Below, piece by piece: positions 52,466 to 64,000 of a stretch of 64,000 nucleotides of DNA; the stretch's first letter is position 1; every line of letters begins with the position of its first letter. This DNA is from Tubulanus polymorphus (lineage: Eukaryota > Animalia > Nemertea): assembly GCF_964204645.1 (NCBI RefSeq), contig NC_134031.1, positions 18,483,910-18,547,909 on the forward strand, in the 5' to 3' direction. The notes beneath the pieces were generated by a model, which saw only the letters and a list, made by a program, of their open reading frames with translations, did no database searches and was not told where the DNA came from. The position numbers and the translations under genes are program-made.

Positions 52466-52514
52466 CTATTCTGGATGAATTCCCTTGATCCGTCTTCGCC
52501 GGGGTCGTACGAAC
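52466..52514 (-). CDS. Knottin-like prepropeptide, coding exon 2 (acidic propeptide)
   Basis: 49-nt exon, tattatgttttatag| ... AG|gtaaga, phase 1 to 2. Encodes (G)SYDPGEDGSREFIQN(R). The phases match both flanking exons. Confidence 0.65.
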
Positions 52515-52669
52515 CTATAAAACATAATACAATACACAAACTTATAATCGAAGCAAATGAAGTGACACCAATTCGCTGTCAAAAACTTCGGAAGCGAAAT
52601 GAGCCATGGTCATAACACACATGAAATACGAATGAACTCCAAAGCCGTTTTCTAAAGCCGATCATCATC

Positions 52670-52850
52670 TTAGTTCTAAATCTAACAACTTAAGACCAGT
52701 CTAAACTTATTTTGGTTCTATGGCCAATCAAATAACTTAAGGCCAGTCAGCTATTTAAGCTTACAACTTAACAGTCTGAGCTTAATTCTGGATAAGTTAT
52801 CAATCTAACAACTTAAGAACAGGTTTGAATACTTAAGACCACTTTTAGAC
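52670..52850 (+). repeat. ~50-bp tandem repeat, MITE-internal family
   Basis: aacaacttaagaccag recurs about 5 times. Confidence 0.8.
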
Positions 52851-55800
52851 GTAAATCCTGAATGCGCTAGTTGGTGTAATGATAAAAGTCTGAAAAAAAT
52901 TATAATTTACAGGAATGACGTACAGAGAGTGTGTCACGTGACCCCGTAGTTAATGGAGGCAAATATTCATTTGGTTAAGTGGAAATCGAGGAATAATCTT
53001 GCTTCCGGTTAATCGTTTAACAATCCGTGGTCGGCAAACAGAGCAAATACATTAAGCGTCACTTTATTCGACAAACAATCCCTCAAACACTCACACACAT
53101 TTGTACATCTGAGTCGTATACCTTTCTTTCACAAGATCGCATACAATTTCCCTTCGCTAAAAGTGCATACAGTGAACTTATCGTTGTTTTTCGGGGGTTC
53201 ATAAAAAGAAGCTATGGGTTCTTTCCAGCTGAACCTTAAGGTTCTCCAGCACGCCAAAGTGATAAAAAGGGGTTCGTTGTTATATGTGATTGAAGCTTTC
53301 AAAGAACCAAGAAATTGCGTTCCATTCATTTACAGGTTGAGTTCATTCAATTTTACTGCAAGTTCGTCATGAAGTAACTCGATACGTGGGATTGAATTAG
53401 AACACCGTAAAAACGTCACCAAGTTGAGTGTGATCTTGAAAACAAGAAATTCTATTTCGCTTCGGGCTTCGCCGTTTTATTTTTCACATCGAACTGGATC
53501 AAAAACGCGACAACAACGTGGTCGTAATTTTCAGAAATCTCGACACGATTAACACCGTGACTGAGAACGACTTTGAACCGCAATTACGTTCGAGGCTTTA
53601 AAGGCTACAAGTTCTAATCTTGAAGCTCGGGATTTCTTTATAGTTTAAAGGATAAATAAAACAAGATGGCGGCAGGGAACATTGATATTCTCGGAGGTGG
53701 TTTGTTTTACATCGCGCCTTTAGATCTAAACCCATTGTTTTTAGAGGACTTCTACATCAACATCTACCCGAGAAAAAACTACATTAAACTATCGGACTAT
53801 TTACACGTAGAAAACGATAAAAAAGTTATAAAAATGGATAAAATGATCTTCAACCATGTAATATATTTACTTCCAAAATTTCGATGTATTAAATAAGGCA
53901 GCCAAAAAACCCCAATCAGTCGCTTACCCGTTCAGACTGGTTGGAAGATTGTTTGAATGAACCGGAACCGAAATTCCCAATTATGTACTTCGATTAAAAC
54001 AAAAAAATATGTAAACCTGACCGACGATCAGACAACTAAATAGCTGTACTTCGATTTCCGATTTCAAAATCAAGTTTCAAGTTTCGCTCCCGGCAGGTGT
54101 GGTGGGTTTGTAAGGGACACTCAATCAAAAAATTCAAACGAAATTTACCAACCAAATAAATAACAGGGTCAATCCCCATTTTAAGATCAAAGAATCTGAT
54201 GGGAAAAAAGCCCATAGTTCGGTTCCTGGGTCCGTAATTTAGTCTAAACAACAACTAGGCTCGAAATGACCATAAGAATGAAATGACTAACGTAAAATGT
54301 TGCTTTCTGTAGCCAGTTACATGCATCGGGTCGAATTGAATGTGGTTAGAGCGTTTATTTCGACCAGGTTATGATGGATTGTTATGTAAATTAATTTGAA
54401 ACTGAACGCTTTTCCTTTCAAATAGTAGAATGAAACGCTATTTAAATCGAATGTGACAACCATCGAAGCAAACAAACTCTATTTTTCATCATTACGGGTT
54501 TAGGTAAAACTCCATCAAAATCTAATCATGAAATAAACATTCTGGATCCAGGTCCACAGTTGCAGGTTGATATACAATGTAACACCACGTATAGTTCAAA
54601 GATTCAAAAATGATTTTAAGTTTTCTACGAATTCGGGAGAGATCCTAATTCTTTTCATATCTAAATCTTAAGCTTTCTGTTACGGGAAACAAAGATCCAC
54701 AGAAAAAATTAGTCCGAAGTCGTTACGTCTTCGAGAAACTATTTCTGGAGTCGACGCCAGTAACGCAAGATAATTGACAAGAATCTTGATCCGTTCTTCG
54801 AAGCTTAAGGAAAATTCTGATACCCCGCAATTGCCACCGCATCTTTCAAGTTCTACTTCTGCAAATTTAAAGGGTTTTAACGTCACTGCAATTTTCTTCG
54901 AGTATTATAATAAAATCTAGGCTCGTAATTTAGGAAAAACTGTGACATAAGGATCTGGTACTTCAGTGTACGAATCCGATAGCGTTTGCCGTCAGAACGC
55001 GAGGTTTAGAGTTCCTAGCTCAGTCGACTGACGGCTGAACTAAGGGCTTTCGGAGCTAGCGCGCCCCGGGTCAAGATTTCCATTAGAAGACAAAGGGAGT
55101 CGTTTGATAGAATTAACGATAAAAGAAACGACACGGCATTCTAACAAGTTGCGACATTCAGTCTGATCCAACACACTTCCAACAGAATTAGAACTCCACG
55201 TTCGACTGTGGCAATCGAGGATTCCACATGTGCCAAGCGAGGTTCCACTAGGGGTCAGTAGTGTGCATTCGGACACTTCTCGGTTTCGATTAGAATCGTT
55301 CCATAAGTTTTCGAATTCTGCGACTGGTCATTTGAACTATATATGCTAGAACTCTCGAGATCGCTCTGAGTTTGTCAAGTGACACAAATCGCCTAATGTT
55401 TTATGTCGGAGGCTTTGAATCTAAATAAAAATTACTAGAAAATGACTATTTGACCGAGCAATCAAACCCTGGTAAGCGAGGATGGGTTCCGTGTTCCTAC
55501 CAGAGTTTTTTTTTTATGTCATCACGCATCAAAGTATATTCATATGTTACAAGTTAAGCATGAACCATCACTACCCAGGGGGCGACGCTATCGGATTAGA
55601 ATCCCGCCAAGGACGGTTCAGTTGACTAAGGTCATTTTTGTTTTGTCAAAATTCATATTCGTTCATGAATCAATAATGAAACTCCGTTTACATTTCCCCG
55701 TGTTTATCGCATGTATAGTAGTAGAGTTAGAATTGGTTTGTTATTCTGCAATCGTGCGGTGGATAATTAAATTCATCAGCTATTCTTCAGAAACTACCAC

Positions 55801-57099
55801 TGATATTCGCGTGCGTCTTGCTCACAAACCCAGTCTCGGTTTAACACGTCGTGTTCAGTTGAGTTGGCGTCGAAGTCACGAAACTTAAGGAACAATAATT
55901 CCGTCATCTTTGAGATGACCTGCATTACGGATTTAATTATTAGGGGTCTCGGCCACAAATTGTACAGCCATTGATTTGCAGGAGTCATTCGTTTTATCAA
56001 AATTTATAGAATATTGTATCAAATATTGTATAATATGCAAATATTTATACCATCATTAATTCGATGAAATAAGTTAAGCAATTCATTCATAATTTCATTT
56101 CGTTATATTCGCAATGAAATAATTGGCATTATCCTATTCGGGACAAAATTCTAGGTTTGTTATGTAAACACCGGCCCTCCGTCGTGCAAACGTCCATGAC
56201 GGACCGTAGCATATTTTAGTGATATCCTTTGAGACACTTTGAAATACGATGACCCTATCCCACATTATAGATGGGGTCCCTGTGCCCTGTCCAAACACTA
56301 TAACAAATCCCAGAATCACCCCAACATGACTTAGACCTGCGACGTCAAACATAAAGCCATTCCCGCTAACTACTTAACCGTCGTCGAAGGGAGAGGGCGC
56401 CACTTGCTGGTCATAACTGGCGAACTACGAGTTCACAGCGAAGTGAGCGTCGCAAACTCTCGCGCCGAAAACAAAGTTTTTGATTACCCTAGTACTTTCA
56501 GTTGCAGTGCCTCTATTCTACGTTATCATTATCTGATGACGAGAGTTCCATACTGGCAGCTCTCAGCCAATATGAAGTACAATAGTATGAGAGGCGTAGA
56601 TGTTGGCACAGAATCTGGTATTGATCGAAATGAGCAACGTTTGGGGCCGTGTTCAATACGGGAACAAAAGACTCGGGTAATTAACTAGTAAAATGTCTCT
56701 TTTGTAGTAGAAACGTCTGATGGTTTTATATTTAACCGACCAACCATCCTTTATCGATCTGTTTACGGTACAGATGGTAATATAAACATGAAGAAAAACC
56801 AGCGATCGGCGATAGGTGCCCCACCCATTCTAGCTGTTTGAATAAAATATCTCGGTCAGAAGTTGCCTGATACGATAGCTTTTTTACAAAATAATGTGAT
56901 ATTGAATAGCTAATATTCGAAAAAATGTAGTAGACTCTGTTATACTCGGTAGCTTATAAATTGGAAAGAGTAGATCGAATACCGAATCAAGATTCAGGAC
57001 CCAGTTCCATTGGATGAGTAAACGTTTTTTTTTTTTCAATAGTTCAATTCTTCGAATTTCCTGGTGTTGAATTCCGTGTTGCATAATATTTCAACTAAC

Positions 57100-57184
57100 C
57101 TTTCAATGCTGGCAGAGCAACAGCACAGCAAATGTAACAAAGCACAAGGCCGGAGAAGACAACAATTGTGGATGATGTCGACAT
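57100..57184 (-). CDS. Secreted knottin-like prepropeptide, coding exon 1 (signal peptide)
   Basis: Strong acceptor tttttttcattttcag| (exon starts at 57197), then aatcATG. Encodes MSTSSTIVVFSGLVLCYICCAVALPALK+G with a phase-1 donor AAG|gttagt. Its link to exon 2 across 4.6 kb is inferred from phase compatibility. Confidence 0.6.
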
Positions 57185-57409
57185 GATTATTTCTGCTCTG
57201 AAAATGAAAAAAAAGATATGCATAACAGGGGAATTTATTTTCGGTACAAATATAATGCATTAGCCGGTTCCTTGAGATGATTCAGTCGTCATCGACTGAG
57301 AGATGGAACAATTGGACGAAAAAATATAATCGAAAACTTAATGTCCTTTGTATACCCGTTTTGACTTCATGTTGGTCGCATTAGAGCACGATGTCGTATA
57401 CGTTTTAAC

Positions 57410-57711
57410 AGCGGAACTGAGATCTAGAGTCTAATTGAATCAACACGGCCGCGGAACTGGGTCCACTGTCAAATGAAACCCACGCAACTGTGGAACAGGA
57501 TCCACGGTCAAATGAAACCCACGCAACTGTGCAACAGGATCCTGAGTCAAATGAAACCCACGCAACTGTGCAACAGGATCCAGAGTCAAATGAAAGCCAC
57601 GCAACTGTGGAACTGGGTCCAGAGTAGAAACTGGCCCTAAACAAATGTGGATGTGAATCCGAGTCGAAACTGTGATCACCAAACAACTGCGGAACGGGGT
57701 CAAGAGTCAAA
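57410..57711 (-). repeat. 39-bp minisatellite, about 7 units
   Basis: actgtggaactgggtccagagtcaaatgaaacccacgca with period 39. Confidence 0.95.
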
Positions 57712-59630
57712 TGTTTTCAGTCAAATGCTACAATTACAACTGCTGCTGATTCACAGAAACTGTAGAAGTCTCCGTCGTGTCCCAATTAGTCTGCTCAAAA
57801 CACGTTTAGATTTTGAAAATGATTGATCAATCTCCACCAACTGACTCTCAACTCTTGCACGATTTTATTTCGCAAACGATTCATCTTCATGATGCGTTTT
57901 CTCATACGCTAAATGTTCATGGATCGGGATTGACGATGAGTCGAGAATTGTAAATCGTAAATCGTGAATCGATGAAACATGATTTTTGTAAAGATACTTT
58001 GTTTCAATTGCGCGCGAACAAATCTAAACAAACACTGAAAACGCTCAAAACTAATCTAACAGAGTTTATTTCACCACCAGAAAGGGATTCATTTTCCTGA
58101 GTACCCCTCCTAACATCCCGATATCCTGTGTGCATAAAGTTTTAAAACGTCTGAAATGGAACCAGTTTTGACATTATCCAGTGTGGTTTCATATAACATT
58201 CCATCATAAACCTCGAATGCATCCGAATATTATCGTGTCCTTCCTTACAGTTTCCCACGGAGTTTCAGCTATTTCTGCCACCACGAGTTCAAAAGGTAAT
58301 AAACATGAAAAACATTAATATCTTAACTATCCTTGAACGGCAGCACCTACGTGGCGTATATCATCCCTATTTTGAACATTGGACTGCAATTAAATTCTAG
58401 CTCCACAGTTTGACTCAAAATCAGTTCTTTGATGTGAGTTGTTTAATTCAAGAAAAACATCGTAATTCAAAATCCGTTCCGTCAACTCTTGAACCGTGAA
58501 ATCTGATAAAGATGATGATGATGATGATAATAATGCTAATGATAATTGTAATAATTGATTTTCATATATGGCGCTGTGATGCGTAATTGGAAAATCACGG
58601 CGATTTACACAAAAGAGCATAAAGAATATACGTATTAAGTAAATTTTAATCAGGAACTGATTCTGAAGTTGAGAATCACGAATTACTGTTTTCTGAGAGC
58701 GGGCAAAGTTCAAAACCTACGCAAAAAATGACACCGACGCCGACGCCGCTGCTGCCTCGTCCAAAGCGTGCGTTTAATTTCGTCGCATGTTTTCTAATGC
58801 CAATCGGATTTATGAGAGTAATTATGAAGACAGTCGTCAGTGAGATGGATGTAATAAAACCCGACACGCTCTTATTCGATCGGTATCATTGGAAACCACG
58901 TGACGACCGTGATATTCCTTTTGCAAGGTGCCCGAAATTATGTCCTTGTTTAAATCTCTTTTGGTATGTTTACGTTCACAAAAAAATCCGTTGTCAATAG
59001 AATTTGTATGACCACCGATATGGCGCAACCACTCCTAAGATAACACAAGCTTCAAGATTTCTATAGACGCTATTCTATTACCAAATTACATCACCCTTAT
59101 GACGTCATCTCGTTGTTGTCTAGTTGCGGTTGAAAATGCCAATTATGACATCACCTAGTCGTAGTGGGGCTATAGGATCTCTAGAGAACAAGGCTACGGC
59201 GAAACATGGACTCATAAAAAACGAATAAGTCCAACGACGAATTCATCAGACGGCGGTGGAAGTGTTACAGGTGCAATACGAGACAATCAACAACAACACC
59301 TTGCGACGGTCCAGATCACGTGATTCAGCGCACTTACTTCCACCGGAAACGGTAAATGGGACGGGGGAAGTGCGGACTGCGTCACGAACGAGACGAAGAC
59401 AAACTAACCACCAATTCATCATCGATAGCACAATCAGTTTCCGACGAGCGGTAAAATATTTTCGGTATTTTCGCGCGACGTCTCGAAGAAGGAAACCGAT
59501 GCTTATTATTCGCAGATATACAGAAAACCTGTTATTGTGAAGTTTCACTCGACACAGTTATCTCAATCCCAGGCAAATCACAATTATCTTAGAACCGTAA
59601 AATATCAGTTTCATTGTATTTGCGAAAAGT

Positions 59631-59800
59631 GACTCAGTTCTACAGTTGCGCGAGTTTAATCTCTGACTCGGGATTCAGTTCCATGGTTGTGTGGTTTCAA
59701 TTTGACTCTGGACTTAGATCCACAGTTGTGTGGGTTCAATCTTATTCTGAACCCAGTTCCACAGTTGCGGGTCTTACTCTAGATTCAGTTTTCCACAGTT
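59631..59800 (+). repeat. 39-bp minisatellite, about 4-5 units
   Basis: Matches the consensus. Confidence 0.9.
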
Positions 59801-61903
59801 TTAATGGTTCTATCTAACACTAACCCGGCTCCGTTGAGCCCAATATTATGATGATTCTAGCTATGATTTGACTTGGGGTTATTTTCTAGTTTTTGAATCG
59901 CCACTGCAATAGTTGACAATGAGGGAGAATTATAAAGAGTTATGCGATGTGAAAATAATTGGTGCAGCTAATGACGAGCTTACGGTCAGTTCACAGTTCA
60001 GTTTAGACGCTTTTAAATGTGAACGGTCAGACACGGCAGGCTTGCCCGCAGTAATGACAGAAATAAGCGTGCATTTCTTGCTGAAAGTTCCTTCTCTTTT
60101 TGTCAGAGTTCGGCATTAGTCAGTCAGCACCCCGAAGGAAAAAACTTATAACAAGTCCGACATCTGATAATTTGCAACCCGTCTCTGTAAGGATTTCAGA
60201 GATCTACCAGAGGACAATTATAGATGTCCGTAAACACCAGAACACAATTTCATCGTTCTGAACACCCGGTCAAACCGTTTTGTTTACACAGTCAACAGAG
60301 AGTCCAATGAACTCAATTCCACAGTTTCGATGAAAGCAACATTTGAATATCATGCGATATGTGACCGTGCACCTAATTACAGACTGTGTGAGACTGTTAG
60401 CGGTACAGAAAGTATATTCAGAATTCTTTCATTATAGAAGCAACCGATCATGGCGTGTTTCAAATTTATTGACTCTGGAGTAGAATTGAACTATCAACTA
60501 TGAATAAAACCTATTTAGCGATATTTACTTCACGAACTGATATAAATATTACATAATATGATAGATCAATGGAGAATCTAATGGACTCCTTGTGAATCGG
60601 CGAGGCAACAATTCCGCCTTTCTTTCCCGGAATACTGGCGATCGTCAATACAAATAGTTATGAATTATTCTCCATATGTTTATAACAGTCTCTGCCGCAA
60701 TTCTCTTCGAAACAAAAATAATCAAATGATTTATACATGAATTGATTTCTGAAGCATCGCCGATTTGGTTCGTGATTAACTACGACTCTTTAAGATTAAC
60801 AAGCTGATTAAGTTCATTGCACCTGATGATGCCTGCTAATCAACATATGAAAACGTTGTGGTTCAAGCTACAATAAATCGAAAAAAATGAAATCTCGTAA
60901 TTTCCTGTGTTCGCTATTTCATTTAAGATCTAAAATGATTTGTTTTTCTCAACAAAAAATAGTTTCAATTCAGCTTATATTTTTCTTATAAACATATTCA
61001 TTACAGGAAACATTACCGTACATACAGTTACATCTTACTTAATCAATAAATGCAAGTTAAATCTTACTTAAGAAAAGCGGACAAATATTTCACTGTCCTA
61101 ATGACACGATTCCCTGGACTCAATTTCGCTGAGTTTTATTTAATTCGAAAAACAAGAACGATTAAATACAAGGTCGTAACATTGACTTAACTAAATGAGA
61201 AATCATAGAATATTTCATTCAAAGAGAAGAGCGAAAACCGAAATGAATAGAATTTGAATTAAACAATCATTTCTATGGTGAACTTTCTTAATTCCGAAAA
61301 AAGTGAAAAAAAGAGCCACTCTTACCAGTAGGTTAAAACTCTTAGAATTTCCAGAGAGGTAAAGTAAGTTGTTGTTGTTAGTGATGCTGCGATGTCTGTG
61401 ATGCTGCCCGCTTCCTCTGAGGTACCTGTATTGATAGATGTTGCAGCGACCGTTTCAGTTTTGTCGATCTCGTCGATAGCGTTAACTCAGCGAACAGAAT
61501 CTGAATAGTCTCCCTACCACAATTTATAAGCGATCAGTTCACACGGGGGCTGCGATTTTAGCACTTATTACTTAAGAATATATCATAATTACAATTAGTA
61601 ACCATTAAAATCTGATCGCATTTCTATTTTCTCATTAACGAATGCGTGTGTAATTCCACTAAGTTGTTTTCGAAGTAACAGAAATTCAAATTGACTCTTA
61701 GCTAGTTTCTCGAAGGCGTACATAGGTGTGAGGTTACCAAGGATATGCTGTTTATTTTGACGAGTTAACCCGACACCGCTGCGGACTGTTTTAAGTAATT
61801 ATTATGTATTCTTAGAAATCCCTTTCCCTCTCTACCCGCCTTGCCTCCGGTTAAGCTCGATTGTAAGATATGAAGATATTTAAAATTTTAGCTACAGCGT
61901 CGT

Positions 61904-62851
61904 TCACGACGGTTTCTTCTCGAAGATCAAATTCTGTAATTCGATTCTGATTTCTTTTCCCGTCATCAGATACAAGTAGAGATTAAACGAGTAATTTATC
62001 ATTAAGATGTCGGTGAAAATGGCGAAAATGTTTTTCAATTCTGGATTTGTCCAGACAATAGGACTGAGGATAAATGTTGGGAATGTTGTAACCATGAAGA
62101 ATATGCACAGTAACAGAACCAACACGGTTACCTGGTTCGAGTATTTCGATGCTTGAGTTGTTTCCGATTTGCCTTTTTTTCTTAATAAAGTGATAGAAGT
62201 TATTGTGGACATGACAGTTAACGAAGTGAACGGGCCTATAGAGACAAGAATAGACGATAGCAAGGGTTTGGTAAATTCGGGAACATTTCTAATGATACAA
62301 CCGTTGTCACTTATATCAATGGTTACAAATAAAAAACTAAAGCTCAACGCTTCAAAGCAAACTACGGAGAAACATAGTTTAGACGCTGTATTCGGGCTCC
62401 AGAAACGAGGACCTCTAAACGGAAAACAAACGACACACATTCGCTCGGTAGCTACGAGGACCAGCGTCCACGGACTGCTCGAAAGACCAACTGTTACAAA
62501 ATACTCAAGAAATATACATTGAATTCGAGTCGGCGGTTTGATCAGTAACCTTCCATAGAAAACGTAAGATATAACGTTTAAATACTTCATCGAATAAATG
62601 AACAGAACTAAAGTGTCGCAGACGGCTAGTTGAACGAACATACGACTGAAAGAACGTCGCCATAGTTTACGTTGCCGCATAACTATCACGATGAGCAGAT
62701 TACCGATGAATCCGAGAATAAAACAAAGACTAGCGAATACGAGGTAATACCAAAGGTAGATTCCGTTTATCGTAGTTGCAGCAATTACGATGGCTGTGTA
62801 GATATTAGTGGGATATGTGCGATTCTGAAGATTAAGTAAAGCCACAGCCAT
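61904..62851 (-). CDS. Intronless class A (rhodopsin-like) GPCR, FMRFamide-receptor-like/peptide or chemosensory-type orphan, 315 aa
   Basis: Uninterrupted ATG-to-stop ORF with seven hydrophobic segments. TM1 GFIGN, TM2 LAVCD, Cys before TM3 (IQC) with an ECL2 Cys (NGC), TM3 ATERMCVVCFP (ERx variant of DRY), TM5 GPF, TM6 FMVTTFP, TM7 NYSFNLYLY. N-glycosylation site NRT in a short N-terminus. Ligand unknown. Confidence 0.92.
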   Translation of the reverse strand: MAVALLNLQNRTYPTNIYTAIVIAATTINGIYLWYYLVFASLCFILGFIGNLLIVIVMRQRKLWRRSFSRMFVQLAVCDTLVLFIYSMKYLNVISYVFYGRLLIKPPTRIQCIFLEYFVTVGLSSSPWTLVLVATERMCVVCFPFRGPRFWSPNTASKLCFSVVCFEALSFSFLFVTIDISDNGCIIRNVPEFTKPLLSSILVSIGPFTSLTVMSTITSITLLRKKGKSETTQASKYSNQVTVLVLLLCIFFMVTTFPTFILSPIVWTNPELKNIFAIFTDILMINYSFNLYLYLMTGKEIRIELQNLIFEKKPS

Positions 62852-63159
62852 TGCAGTTGCCAGACAATACTCTCAATTACAGCTCACTAATTACTGAAAC
62901 TATATCGAAAGTTATATAGATTTCACAAACGTCCGCGACTTCTTCTTTCTTTCGTAAATTTAAATGACCTTCAGTTTCCCTACTCGCGTCGTATATGAAA
63001 ATATCAAGGTAAATCAAATTGTCCCCAGAATCCAAAATATTCGTTAGTTCTTCAAAAACTGCACATTATGCTCACCGAAATATCTTATTCGACGCGTCAA
63101 ATCCGACGATATCGTTGATAAACACCCAAAACTAAAGCTAGGGACACATGCACATTATC

Positions 63160-63440
63160 TTACCAATATCATACTATCACATTTACACACATCAAACTAT
63201 CATATTTTACCTAGCTTTTTTCCCATACCATACTATCACATTTACCGATACCAAACTATCAAATTTACCTTTACCAAACTATCACATTTACACATATAAA
63301 CTATAAACAATAAACTATATCAAACTATCATATTTAATCTGACTTTTTACCCACCACCAAACTACCACAATTTACCCATATCAAGCTATGCTTTTACCAA
63401 ACTATCATGTTTTACCAAACTATCACATTTTACTTATATC
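63160..63440 (+). repeat. Degenerate ~20-22 bp tandem repeat (ccaaactatcacatttac)
   Basis: aactatca/catttac recurs more than 10 times. Confidence 0.85.
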
Positions 63441-64000
63441 AAACTCGAATCAGAACATTTAACTATATACATATACTCATTTTACACACGCTGTTAGCAT
63501 AAAGACTATATTGCCGCAAGATGAACTGTAGTTACTGTATAAACTAAAAAATGTTTTAACCTAATGGTTGATTGAAGTCAGCTCTCCGTGTTTTCGTCGA
63601 GGAACTTGCAGTTCGTTTAGGAAATATCCGATTGTAAAACTTCACACAGTCAGAGGTTATCGGGAAATGATTAGATTCAATAAAATCATTAACTACAATT
63701 GATTGAAGTAGATTTATCAAATATATGTTTTATTTCGTTCTGTTGGTGATTTCGTGATCGATGGAATGCATTACAACTGCGAGGAATCGATCGGTCATCA
63801 ATGCCAGTTCCACATTTTCATCTCGAGTCCGGCCCGTCAAGAATCGTCGCAGAAATATATTCACATCCTACAGAACTCTAGGCTTATTATGGGATAATAA
63901 GTTTAAAACCATCTATATACAGAATCTAAAAGATTAAAAACGAATATTTTTTTCTATTTATGAAGAATTCAAATAAAAATATACGACCTTTCGAACTCTC

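Larger units (their letters stand above)
52400..55420 (-). pseudogene. Decayed TLR pseudogene inside intron 1 of the knottin-like gene
   Basis: Acceptor tttttatttag| at 55420. Head SECTLLTPSGTSLGTCGILDCHSR, a clear nucleotide paralog of 39548-39756. LRRs NSIKRLP, LGTLNL, INLHNNP and KLNELNL*MN. LRRCT-like CECLRD...LTGSKIIPRFPLNQMNIC at ~52960-53100. Confidence 0.65.
55500..60330 (-). pseudogene. Decayed TLR pseudogene overlapping the knottin signal exon
   Basis: Head SVDCVNK (~60280-60300). LRRs KLHNNRF and RKLIVLSMMN (ORF 59246-59548), SIDNGFF (ORF 58837-59028) and KLPSITESTTF (ORF 56884-57084). TIR box-1-like EHDVLNRDWVCEQ (ORF 55794-56000). Confidence 0.55.

Overview
This is AT-rich, intron-containing eukaryotic DNA, most likely from an invertebrate (lophotrochozoan-like; inferred from gene content, not established). 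It is not prokaryotic. Three genes look intact, all on the minus strand. (1) An intronless rhodopsin-class GPCR (61904-62851). (2) A 3-exon GPI-anchored Ly6/uPAR three-finger protein (47541-48550, 144 aa). (3) A 3-exon secreted prepropeptide (51825-57184, 111 aa) with a signal peptide, an acidic propeptide, an RLRR furin-type site and a 63-aa aromatic-rich mature peptide with a C-C-CC-C-C knottin-like framework. Genes 2 and 3 were assembled by hand from phase-compatible splice sites and do not appear whole in the ORF track. Most of the rest of ~0.2-60 kb reads, only on the minus strand, as about a dozen head-to-tail, heavily decayed Toll-like-receptor genes, with LRRNT/LRR/LRRCT/TM/TIR fragments recurring in order. 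These ghost calls rest on by-eye motif recognition, their boundaries are approximate, and they need HMM confirmation. Two exons of the knottin-like gene lie inside such ghosts and may have been recruited from them. The region also carries Harbinger-like MITEs, a 39-bp minisatellite that looks derived from MITE ends, Penelope-type hammerhead remnants, tRNA-derived SINE pieces and microsatellites.
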